Shown here: in pieces, positions 14,060 through 25,577 of the stretch | Layout of the letters: every line of letters starts with the position of its first letter | How positions within the stretch are numbered: the first letter of the stretch is position 1 | Origin: Paraspadella gotoi | Taxonomy: Eukaryota > Animalia > Chaetognatha | Direction of reading: 5' to 3' | DNA length: 64,000 bases | NCBI GenBank assembly: GCA_051294375.1 | Contig: CM119268.1 | Location: 11,490,200 to 11,554,199 of the forward strand | Made by a program: the position numbers and the translations under genes | The notes under the pieces: generated by a model | Told to the model about the DNA's origin: nothing | Seen by the model: only the letters and a program-made list of their open reading frames with translations | The model's database searches: none

Positions 14060-16787
14060 AGGGGAAAGAGAAGAGAGGCCCATAAACTAACAAAAAATCG
14101 AAAGACCTCACTTGAAACTACGCGACCATGACCCAAGAAAAAAGGAACAAAGGATGAAATTGCCGTCCTTTTTAGTTTTATCGCTTCCATCTCTCGACTG
14201 ACTTGCAAGGGCATGAAGACGACGACGAGACGTTCCAGCGTCACCGTCGTCACCATCCAGATGGCGGTCGTCGTCGCAGCCTTTTGGACGAACATGAAGG
14301 CGGCGCAGGATGGGGTCGAAGTTAAGTAAGTTCTGAAATCGACAGGGAGAGTAAGGAAACTTACTGGGCGATTCGAAATTATATATGTACTATGTAGGTA
14401 TAATAAATGAAAAAAAGTTGCAGTTTTTCTAATTTCAGGGATTAAAATGTTTCTACAAAATATCTTCAATTGTCCATAACTAAAATGATTAAATAACTTA
14501 AATCCGGATCAGGGATCAGCGAGAGTCAATGACCTCCAAAACCGGTATCTTGATATCGGGCACAAAAAGCCAACGAGTTTTTTGTAAACAGAAACCAAAT
14601 CGATAAGAAAAGACAGAAGAGGATTCTTATTCGAATGAGACTTACTCGATATAACTCTCCCGATCTGTAAACTCAAAATACTGTAAAAAGTAATAAAAAG
14701 TCTTTTCTCATCTCCTTTCACAAAAAAATCGTTCACAAATTCCAAACAAAAAATATTTAAAAGGACGAGAGAAGGAAAAGCAAAATGAGACTAACTCTCG
14801 GTCAAAGTCGTTTTGTAGCGGAACACTTGAGGCTCCGAGACGCTGACCACCTATTGCGGCACCACCCGCTCGGATTCCTCGACGCTCTCGTCAAAGCCTT
14901 TCGCTACAACGTCGATTACGGCAGCGTTCACTACGTCTCTCAGAAGATGGCGCCTGGCGGAAGATGGCGAAGTTTGACGCCGGACGTTCTTGAAGCGACG
15001 ATGCTGGAAGGGCGCGCCGTCTGCTGCTGCATGGTCAACAGCTTCCTGGTCGACCTGCTGCGGGCCTACGGTTTCGACGCCGACTTGATCGTCGCATTTC
15101 CGGCTTCGACTCCTCGCTTCTTACCGGAAGCTGGGCACGTCGCCGCTCGTGTCCGTCACCCCGCTGTCACCGCGGGAAACAACGTCGGTAGCTTCGTCTA
15201 CTGCGACGCCGGATCGATGGTTCCAATCCGCAGCGCCGTTCACATCAGCCGCGACGCGCCGACGCCGGAGTTAGACGACGGTCTGGCACGATATCGCTTC
15301 GTCGGTCGGCCTCACGTTGAAAACTTTACTCGGGAATTCCACGACAAAATTGCAACGCCGTTGCTGGATCGCGCCCGCCAAATGGTGACGCGATTGGACA
15401 TCGCCAATCAGGATTGGCTCCTTACCTTCGTCTCCAACAGTCGACTCATGTCGGTGGCGATCCCTCAGTTCTCTTCCGTTCCGGACGGCACGTGGGTTCC
15501 CTACCATCTCTTTCCGACCCTCTCGCCCATGGGCGACCGATTCCGGCGCTCTTGGGCGAACGACGAGGAACTTTTCGAGTGCGGACGCCGCATGTGTTAC
15601 GTCACCGGCTACTCGCGACGGACGGGGGAGTTCGTCTCGTTTTCGCGCGACGAACGGGCGCGGTGTCAGGCGGAAGGGGGCGCGGCGAAAGTGACGCGGG
15701 CGACGAGTGACGAAGAGCACGTCGCCGCGTTTCGAGAGGAATTTCCGTTGATGACCGACGATTTTCGCAACAATTTGAAATATTTGAATCGAGTGGATTT
15801 GAGTAAACTTGAAAGTCGATTGTGAGGGGAAATCAAACTTTATATATTTCAACATTAAAAAAATATAAAAACTTAAAAAAATTGTTTTCACTGAAAACGA
15901 CTCCCGAGCTTGAATATACGGTGAAGGTTTGAGTCGTCCATCCGAAATTGTTCCCGCTTCTACTCTGGTTTCCTTTTCAAAATACGTTCGAAATCGACTC
16001 TCTTCGAAGATTGCAAATATTTTTGTGCTATCATTGTTTGTTTTATGCTCTCACTTCTCATTATAAACATTTGAAAACTATTAAAGAATTTTCAATCGTC
16101 ACTACAGTTCAGTTGTATGTAATCAATAATAATTATCGTTTTTCCTAATGTCACATGCTCATTTTTTAAATATTTTTTAAGTAAAATAAAATTACAAGCA
16201 AATGAAATTGGCCTTTTAGGCTCGCGTTGCCGTCTTTTCTTTAAACAAAAGAGTTTGTCAAAATACATGCATACTTACTTTCCCTGAGTTTTGACGTCGA
16301 GAAAAAAGTCTTCTGTCCACATTTCCAGCGCAGTCAACAGCTTCAAAATATCGAAAAACGCCAAGCTAAAAGATTTCGAAATTTACATTACATTACATAC
16401 ATTAACTATATTCTGAAAACCAGCCAAGAAACTATCATAACTCTATATATATAAATATATATATATATCTGTTGCTGTATAGGGTATATCAAGATGATCC
16501 TAAACATCTCTAAGGAGACGATTCTGCGTCTATTAGGACATGTATTCCCCACGATCAAGGTTCCCCCACAATTCTCCCACCGCCACCAATTAAAACCCAG
16601 CCTGCCTGATCAAAAGCACAGCCGTAGACGTCTTCCTCAGGTTTGGCCGACTCATGACGACGACGACGATTACGTTGGCGACGACGCCGACGACGATGAA
16701 GACGAAACACAGCCAGTGAAAGAAGGAGCCCCACGGCGTGTTGGGATCGCGGAGGCCAGATCTGGAGCACCATCGTGGGAGGGTCAT
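12387..16787 (-). CDS. rhodopsin-class (class A) peptide-receptor-like GPCR, paralog 1, ~487 aa, 9 exons
   Basis: Exons 16787-16606, 16365-16279, 14332-14203, 14005-13908, 13832-13733, 13624-13540, 13446-13296, 13087-12886 and 12815-12387 join in phase. TM1 GVVAN, TM2 LAFFD, TM3 TLERLVVVFMP, TM5 LLPLAINLVVN, TM6 KMLLTVSIVSTLILIP, TM7 LNHSINFFLY, helix 8 SGALFRREF. These resemble invertebrate FMRFamide-receptor-like families. Confidence 0.9.
14785..15825 (+). CDS. intronless arylamine N-acetyltransferase-like (Cys-His-Asp) protein, 346 aa, nested antisense in GPCR intron 2
   Basis: Uninterrupted GC-rich ORF. GRAVCCCMVNSFLVDLLRAYGFD aligns by eye to NAT RRGGYCYELNGLF...LRALGFD; GHVAARV to H(M)xLLV; VYCDAG to YLVDVG. 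Candidate triad C81/H118/D141; ATTAAA at ~15853. Confidence 0.8.
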   Translation: MRLTLGQSRFVAEHLRLRDADHLLRHHPLGFLDALVKAFRYNVDYGSVHYVSQKMAPGGRWRSLTPDVLEATMLEGRAVCCCMVNSFLVDLLRAYGFDADLIVAFPASTPRFLPEAGHVAARVRHPAVTAGNNVGSFVYCDAGSMVPIRSAVHISRDAPTPELDDGLARYRFVGRPHVENFTREFHDKIATPLLDRARQMVTRLDIANQDWLLTFVSNSRLMSVAIPQFSSVPDGTWVPYHLFPTLSPMGDRFRRSWANDEELFECGRRMCYVTGYSRRTGEFVSFSRDERARCQAEGGAAKVTRATSDEEHVAAFREEFPLMTDDFRNNLKYLNRVDLSKLESRL

Positions 16788-18450
16788 GGCGGCGCTAATT
16801 GTTGTCCGTCGTTGAGGAGATTTTGGATTTTGAACTCACACTCCCGGTGGAATATATTTATGTGCAGGGATTTACGTTGTTTAGGGTTGGTTTTCTTAGA
16901 TTTGTCGCTCGATTAAATTCGATTTTATTTTTTGGTTTGGCGGTTTTGAATTCGACCGATACCTTGGATAATTTTAAATCGAAATCGTCATGAGGCGTAG
17001 TGTCGTTAATACTTGTCGCTCGTTCTCGATCAAGGTTTTATAAAATATCTCCACGGTTTGTTCATTTTGAGTGAGCAATTCAGAAAATTTGGTTGCAGAA
17101 TGAGAATCCTAAAAATTTTGCTGGTACTACCGTTTTTTTTTATTGACGATAAATCCGAGGGCCCACCCGTAATGTTAGTTTCGATTTATCGGGCCCACTG
17201 ATAAGTACTGTTTTTACAAAAACATCTAAAGGAAGAAAAAATATAAATTGATACGGAGTGAAAGGAAAAATCTGAAAATATTGGAAAATAAATAAAAAAA
17301 TAATTATTAAAACATTGACGTAGTTGTATTTAGGAAAAAAATAAATATATAGAAACGAGAGAAAAATTACAGAAAAAACCAAGCAGATTACCACTTGCAC
17401 ACAAATCAAGTAATAATGATTTCTACCTAAATTTTGCGATTGTTGGTAAAAATCTTAACTATTAGTCAATAGTCACATTACCTGATAATTAGTTACGTAA
17501 TTTAGGAAATCTTTTTACATAAGTTATAACGAATATTTTGTATAAATTCTTAGATGATTAATTGCAAACAATGTGCTTTTTTATTTCTACACTATGAAAG
17601 TTGCAAAATTACTTGTTTCACTATCTTTATTTTTTATTTTTTAGATTTAAAATAACTATTATTTATGATTTTATGGTAAATATTTGTGGTAAATATTTAA
17701 ATATAATATTATTTATCTGTTTGGGATGGGAACGTTAGTATTCTATTCTGGAAATAGAGGGTGCATCTACACAACTCAAGGTTAGATTACTTTCTGTTAT
17801 ATCTGTTATATCACTTTTAAACGGTATAACATCACTGTTGTAGTAATAGGTAATGAAAGCACTATATTTGAGAAATTAATCAATTCCCAAATATTTTTAA
17901 ATCGACGCAGAAAAAAAAAATAAAGCATTTATAAAACAGAAAATCCCCAAATATCACAAAATGCTTGACACTTTGAGATTATCGCAAAGGAAAAATAAAC
18001 TATTTAAGCCCGGTTCGCGGTCTGCTTCTAAGTTTACGTTTTCTGCATTCGAGAATTCTTTCTTCTTTCATATTCTTTTGAATCATCTTTAGACTTTGGC
18101 CGCCCCAAAGTCCAATGATGGGTGCCTCCCGGAGAAAAAATGAAAAAACACCGATCACAAAAACAAACTAGCAAGCTCTAAAAACTCAATGGTATTTCTT
18201 TCATAAACATAATCCAGCGATTGATCGAGAACTAATTGCAGAGGTCAATGTTTTACGATTCCTGGGAAGATGTCACATCTCGTTACGACCAAAAAAATGC
18301 GATAATGATCTTCCGGATCTTTCCAAGTTTGACTCATGTAGTTCGTTATCAGCGGAATTTGGGTCAATTACATACGGGCACGTTGGTTGGATTCAGTTGG
18401 TTAACAGCGGAATTTAACGAGTCAATTACATCCGGGCACGTTGATTGGAA

Positions 18451-20963
18451 TCAGAGTTGATCGGAGATTTCTTCTTCGTTGGTTTTCGCCGACGCGGTCG
18501 AGGCCGACGACGCCCCGGCCGTCGACGAGCCCGTCGAGACCGAAAACTTCTTCTTCGTCGACGTGTCCCCGCCGTTCGCCTTCGAGAGCAGAAGGCCGTC
18601 GCTCCCACGGCATCGTCCGAACAAGCGGCGAAACCGTCGACGAAGAGGTCGCATCAAAATGAGAAACTCTTGGCGGAAGAGTGCGCCGCTGATGATGTAG
18701 AGGAAGAAGTTGATGGCGTGGTTGAGGATGAAGAAAGGGCGGCCGGCTACGAAGACCTTGATGGAGGGAACGACGAAATGGAAATGCCATAAGTAGATTT
18801 GACTGATGAATATACGAGGACAAAAGTAAAAGGCTTTTATTTAGCATGTCGAAATAAAAGAAGAAAACGAAATGGGAAAAGTTAAAGTTAAAGCGAAAGT
18901 ACGATCGTAGTAAATCTCTCTTTTTCATTCTCTTTTATTTTTCTTTCCTGTTCTCTTTCATAATATCCTCTTCTACCGCTCTCTCTCTTTTTAATCGTTG
19001 ATCCACCCTTTCTATTCCCTTTCTATTCCCTTTCTCTTCCCTTTCTATCCCTTTCTCTTCCCTTTCTCTTCCTTTCTATTCCCTTTCTATTCCCTTTCTA
19101 TTCTTTCTATTCCCTTTCTATTCCCTCCCCATCATTTATTTGTCTCCCTCTCCATCCCGCTCCACTTTGATTAATCATTTTATCAAACCGGTTCTCCGCG
19201 CCAAAGAACAAGACAAACAACAATATGAATAACAATTTCGTCGTCGCGTCTGATTAAGTTTTGAAAAGAAGATTATTAGCGGGACAATCTTTTGAAGGAA
19301 TAAATAAATCCTACGTACTCTAAGCCTATTTCGTTTTTTTTAATAAAGATTCGCAATATACGAGGTTTTCCTACAATTTGATACCTTTATAATTGACCAA
19401 GCGCAGTCGGCGCCCGTCATTTCTGCAGTCGGTCGTCGAACGGCGTGGCTTGAGGATTGGGATGGGGAAGATGACGATGATGATGACGATGATGATGAAG
19501 ATGATGATGATGATAATGAAGAGGAGTTGTCGAATCGATCGATCCGACCCGGAGAGGAACTTCTCGTCTGCTTCGAGGATAAAGAAGACATCGACGTCCG
19601 GGTGTCGTTTGAGGCCGAGAGGCTCGTCGACACTTGCGTCGAGCATTTTCTGAATAAATTTAACAAATTAAAGATGAATTCTTAATATAAGGCAATTTTT
19701 GTTGGGATATACAAGAATAGTTAATATTTTTTTTTTTCAAAAAAGGTGAAAAAAATGTGGAACCGTCTGGAGGAGAAAGTGGAGACTGCGGAGTTGATGT
19801 TGGGCGGGAGGAGGATGAGCGTCGAGACAATGGAGACTGTGAGCAACATCCGGAGAGTCTGAGCACTCTTCTCTTTAGAGGAATTGCGACTGAACTTGGC
19901 GTCGCCTGCGGTTGGCAAATTTAAATAAATCAATAAATCAATTAATCAATAAATCAATAATCAATTAATCAATAAATCAATAAATCAATAAATCAATAAA
20001 TAAATCAATAAACTTATTTTCGTCAAAAAAAAAATGTGGAACTATGAGTTGAACGAGATAGTATTTTGGCAACCTTTTGTCCGCAAACGAATACCTTTCT
20101 TCCCGACCTACAAAAACCAACCCCGCACCACCTTACAAAAACAACTTTGAGGTCCGGAACTGACCCGGATCGACGGTGTGCGCGGAGTAACATTTGATCT
20201 TGACGACGATCATGATGTTGGCGATGATGTTGATGAGGAGAGGAAGGAGCTGGAGTAAAGGGGATCAATTTAAAGTTCACCATTTCAGCATCAACATCAT
20301 CAGCACTTCAGCATGCTCTAAAACTTCCTACCTTCCAGACACACAGTAGGATAGCTTTGATCTGAGATCGGTAGATGCAATACTCTGGCACGAAAGTTCG
20401 GAAAGTACAGTCTTTGATCCGTTCGTCGTATCTAGGGATCGAAAGGGTAGTGAACGTGAACGGACTCGCGTTGCACCATCTTATTACAATTTCGTTTCAC
20501 AACTCTCACGACATCAGAAACACTTACACAATAATTATTTGAATGCTTTAATCAATATTAATATCTTCCATTTTTTTTTCAATTTACTTTCGTAGGTGTA
20601 TTCGTTAATATAAAGACAATGTAATATACACAAATATACAATATATTATACTTATATGTTATACTATATACAATTCCGTCAATTCCGCCAGACAAAGAAA
20701 TTCGCCTCCCGAAAAACGTCAGTGACATGGGGTAGTCACTGCAGCGCTGAGCGCCAGTTGTCGGGAGAGGCCTCACATCCCAGACATCACAAATGACTCC
20801 CCGATGCCATATGATTACAATTTTTTTCTCACCTGGTTGTGAAAACGTAATCACAATTCAAGGCGGCGTTGACGACGAAGACCAAAGCCACGACTAGGAT
20901 CGCGTGATGTCGTGCTTTTCTGTTCGACTAAAAAAAATTTTAAAAAATCCGATTGAGATGGAT

Positions 20964-21054
<91 letters not shown>

Positions 21055-22118
21055 TGAATAAAAGAGTGAAGAGTGAGAGGTTTGAAAGCGAGACGTAGCG
21101 AGATTACTCGAGGCGCCACTTATCATTCGTAAACAATGACAAATCGGAAGATGGATGAGTTCATTCACATCGGACTGTTGTGGCGTGAAGATATTGATCT
21201 TCTCGGAAGATGATAATGACGATGATGATAATGATCTTACAACATAACGAGAAGAATGATGATGAAAAAAGGACAATCACGGATATGATGACATTGATTA
21301 TTGCTACGAAGGACGATGACACATTTACCCCTAAACTCTTGAAGGGATTGTAAACCATGACGACTCGCTCGACGGTGGCGGCGGTGACGAGCCAAATCGC
21401 TGTGCACGTGACCGTCATGTGAAAGAACATGGACCAGGCGCACGAGGGCGTTGTTGAGAAGAAGGACCTGGTAACGAAATTGAAATGATCGAGCGGAGAG
21501 ACTTGACATTTTTAAAAACAAAAGCAAGAAAAATATTATCAGAACATAAAAAAACAAAGATAATAACAAAAAAAAACAAAAAAAAAACAACAAACAACAA
21601 AAAACAAACGTACTGCGTGCCGTGATAACGTAACGCTGAGAAAAGTGTCTTCGGCCCAGAGAAGGAGCGCCATGATTAGTTTGAGCGTGTCGAATATCGT
21701 AGACTGGAAATTTGCGGGAATATACAAGCAATTCTATATTAAGCTGGAGGGCAAACTTATTGACTTTTGTGTCATCCTACTAAGGTAAAAATTAACTATT
21801 GTAAGATGCGTATATAATAATTATATATTTATATATATTATATTTCACATTTTATCAAAAACTTGACCTTCGATATAACCTAGATTGACTTCTCAGTTCA
21901 CATCTGAGATTAACGCCCGCCGAACTCTTTACTCAAACCTGATGAGATAAACCGAAGTTGATTTGTGCCTCAATTTTGGTCGACACATCACGAGAACAGT
22001 GAGAAAGTTGGCGACGACGCCGACGGCGACGCCAGAAGCAGAACCAATGGAAGAAGAGGCCGACGTCGCGGGTCGGGTCGCGCAGGTGGCGCCGCGTGCA
22101 CCAGTCTGCGTAGGACAT
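18451..22118 (-). pseudogene. class A GPCR paralog 2 (tandem duplicate of 12387-16787), frameshifted in exons 1-2; pseudogene or consensus errors
   Basis: Exons 22118-21939, 21703-21614, 21467-21329, 20927-20833, 20431-20332, 20249-20165, 19905-19764, 19649-19385 and 18756-18451 mirror paralog 1 (e.g. AGRPFFILNHAINFFLYIISGALFR). Indels at ~22034, ~21700 and ~21630; exons 3-9 are open and in phase. Confidence 0.75.
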
Positions 22119-23021
22119 GGTTGGGTGAGTCGCGAGAGGCGTGGCGTGTGGGAGAGGTTAAGGCGCTTGTGAGTAAGAGGGTGTGCGAATCCAGTGAAAA
22201 GAAAAAAGTGAGTTGATCGATGATGGCTGTCTGTTTATGTATATTATATCGTTCCGAAGAATAATTTATTTTATGAATGAACCTTATTGACTGGTTTCAT
22301 CCACGTTTACATTGAGAAAAAAATTCACAATAGTTTGTTGTCGAAGATCGGATCTATCCGTCGTTAAAATATAAAATTTAAAAATTCAACAGCTCGCGCA
22401 TAATAATATATCCTCAGAGTTATGGAAATGTTCGCGGAAAAAAAAAACCCCAAAAAACCACAAAGTCGAGAAAAAAAAATGAACAGAAAGCTCGATATTT
22501 TGGCGAGAAGAGCGACGGTTCTCTTCGGCTTGATTTGATTATCGCGACCGCGAAAAACGCGACTCACTTTTGTTTATGAGGTTAGAAATTCCGCGGGTCG
22601 ACGAAAGAGGCGTTGGCGTCCGTTATGTAGTTATTATTATTGACTTTACATTGCTCCTCTGTTTTTTGTTTGGATATATTTCGATCGTTGTTTCGCGAAA
22701 GAAGACCGAATTCGAAATTAAATTACGAGATAATTTATAAATACGAGAAATCAACTTTGATCTGGGAAAGAGGAAGGACAATTTCTCTCTTCATTGACGA
22801 ATGTAAAATCGTTAAATCGTTAACCGAATTAGTAATATCCGTCAGTTGGTTCCGAACTGTGAATCGAACTCGATAACGTGAAGATCGAAAAACAAAAACA
22901 AGTCGTGACAATGAAATTGAACCTGGGAAAGAAATTCGATAATTTCGTTTTCTCTATTTTTTTCTCCATTCTTTTTGGCCCGTCTTTCCAATTATGAACC
23001 AAGTTGAGATATAGTTTAAAA

Positions 23022-23076
<55 letters not shown>

Positions 23077-24285
23077 GAATAACAAACTGACTGCCCTGTT
23101 TCATCGAAACAAAAAAGTTTCCGTAAATGAAAAATGATGATGTTCGCTCACGATCGATCCCGGTGTTTCGTATTTAACACGCTATGTGTATTAGATGCAA
23201 AAGATCAAACGTGATAAAGATAATAAGATTAGGATAAAGATACAGATAAAGCAAATCTACAGTAATTTTAATAGAATATATCATTTACATATAATTTATA
23301 TATCATTTATAGGATTTACAAACCAAAGGTTTTAATTTAGGAAGAAGGTTCGTGTTGCGACCACGAAGAAGTTAATCTAGAAAAACAAAAAAACAAAAGA
23401 ATTAAAAAAAGTAAAAAAAAAACACAAAACAATCAACATAACAACAACGACAACGATTTCAAGAATCTCGTCGAACTTCGAATCTTCCAGACGCCGACTC
23501 TCGACGTAGCGACGGAGAGTGTCAAAACTTTACCGCATCGTCGTCGTCGTCGTCGTTGTCGCCGCCAGGGTACGGGAGCGTTAAAAACCGCAGCTGTTCC
23601 CTCCCTTTTCGTTTGCGAGTTTAACGCATTCGTTTGAAAGCATCCTCTGGTGGTAGAAATTCACGTAAAGGGCTCGGCTCTAAAAGAGGTCGCTAAGGGT
23701 TGTTGTCAATATTTTTGTCAATATGACGATGGTGAATACACGGATTTCAAATGGGAGTGAAATGAAAGGATCAGCGTTAAAAAAATTACAAAAGAACAAT
23801 GATCTGGCAAGAGCCTGTTGCCCAACTAAACCTTGAAATATATTAATAAGAATTTTTTTTTCATGCTTCCAAGACATTATACTAACTAATGAATTTAAAA
23901 TATTCACCTCAATTTTTTTTACGATAAGTTTAAAATTAAATTATCAAATAAAAGGGGGAAAAGGTTGCAAAAAAAAGCTGCTTTAAGGCAAGCGCACCAG
24001 TTGTTATAATGTAAAGTGTTAACAATTTGCTTTATAGTAGGAACATAAACGTCAGGGACTTTTCCAACTAATGAAACGAACAAATATTAATCACAGTCGG
24101 TCAGTTAAGAGTTATAAACAACTCTTTTAATTTCACTCCCATTTGAAATCCGTGTAATACGAAGAACCAGAAGGAGGTCGACGATTATGATGACGAGGAA
24201 GATGATGATGATGTTGTATTAGTGAACAGCTGGAGCCCGAGTAAAACGGACCGAGAGATGTTTATCGAGCGAGGTAAACAAGCTG

Positions 24286-24335
<50 letters not shown>

Positions 24336-25491
24336 ATTATCGTGAAGGATAACAGACTTCCATCACGACTTAAAGTTAAAAGTTTTGAAGACAACCATGA
24401 TAAGTCATTTCATCCCAGATAAAATTCAGTTAAAGAAACGGTTCCTGACATTTCTTGCCGTGTGAAAAGCTCACCGCGAGTCGCTCCTTGATAACCGTAA
24501 TTCTCTCTCTCTCCTTCTCTTCCTTTCTTTCTCTCACAGTCCCTCCTATCTCTCGGCCACCCAGATACAAATGACCCAAAGAATGCGTCATGCAGATGAC
24601 CAATCCTGCAATTTCTGATCCTCTTTCTCGGTTGCTCTCTAATTGGCTGCTATATGGAAACTTTAGCTACGCATTAGCAACTTATTAGTATTATCTCATC
24701 GATAACGATTATGATAATATACAAGCCAACGATGCATTCATCAATGAATTAATGACAGTATTCTAGGGCACGAATTAGCCTAAAGATAAAAAAGGGTCCG
24801 TCATTGTATCAGTAATCGCTGCACTTTTTTAGTGACACAAATACATTGGTGTTTCGCACTCAAAGACTCAATTATTAAGATTGGAACGAAATATCAAAAT
24901 CATCAAAACAAAATTTTGTTTACCTTGAGTGCTCAATAACTTTATTTTTCGTTCTTGTACGAGAATGGAAAAGGGTACAAAAGGAAATACTGTAGCAAAG
25001 AGGTGAGTTACAATGACAAGAAAAAAAAAACCGTGACAGCTTTTTCACTGGGTGAGGGAGGCGAGAGAATACCAATTATTAGCAACGAAGACAATATCTG
25101 TGTGAAATAGCTGACGCGGTCTCAGAAACGCAATCCACAAATACATGTTCGGCCAGCGAAAAACATGTGGGTTGTAAAAAAAAAAAAAGAAAAAGCCTGT
25201 AACAATACCCTTGAATTATTCACTATAAATACACAGATATGACAAAAATGTGAGTTGTTATAATTTCAGTATAAATATTTCAAAAACTCGTTTCAAATTT
25301 TCAAATTTTTCAATTTAGATTGGTTTAAGAGTCAATAAAATTAATAATACTAAAAATGTTCAAACCAATACTGAGATGGATTGAAAACGTAGAAAACTTT
25401 CAAAAATCAATAAAGTTAAGTTTTTCATTTTTAAATTTAATACTGTTTTGAGTATAGAGATCATAACTCATAATTCAGCTACATAGTAGAT

Positions 25492-25556
<65 letters not shown>

Positions 25557-25577
25557 TCCTTCTGAGCAAATTCCTTC

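Noticed and set aside
14006-14070. (CT)n microsatellites acting systematically as polypyrimidine tracts
   Set aside because: True at this acceptor, but the orientation is opposite near others (e.g. 8309-8377), so there is no consistent pattern.
21161-21328. Hydrophobic read-through of paralog 2 exon 3 resembling TM4
   Set aside because: The true TM4 exon homologous to paralog 1 is at 20927-20833; the read-through is (ATC)n-rich intron.
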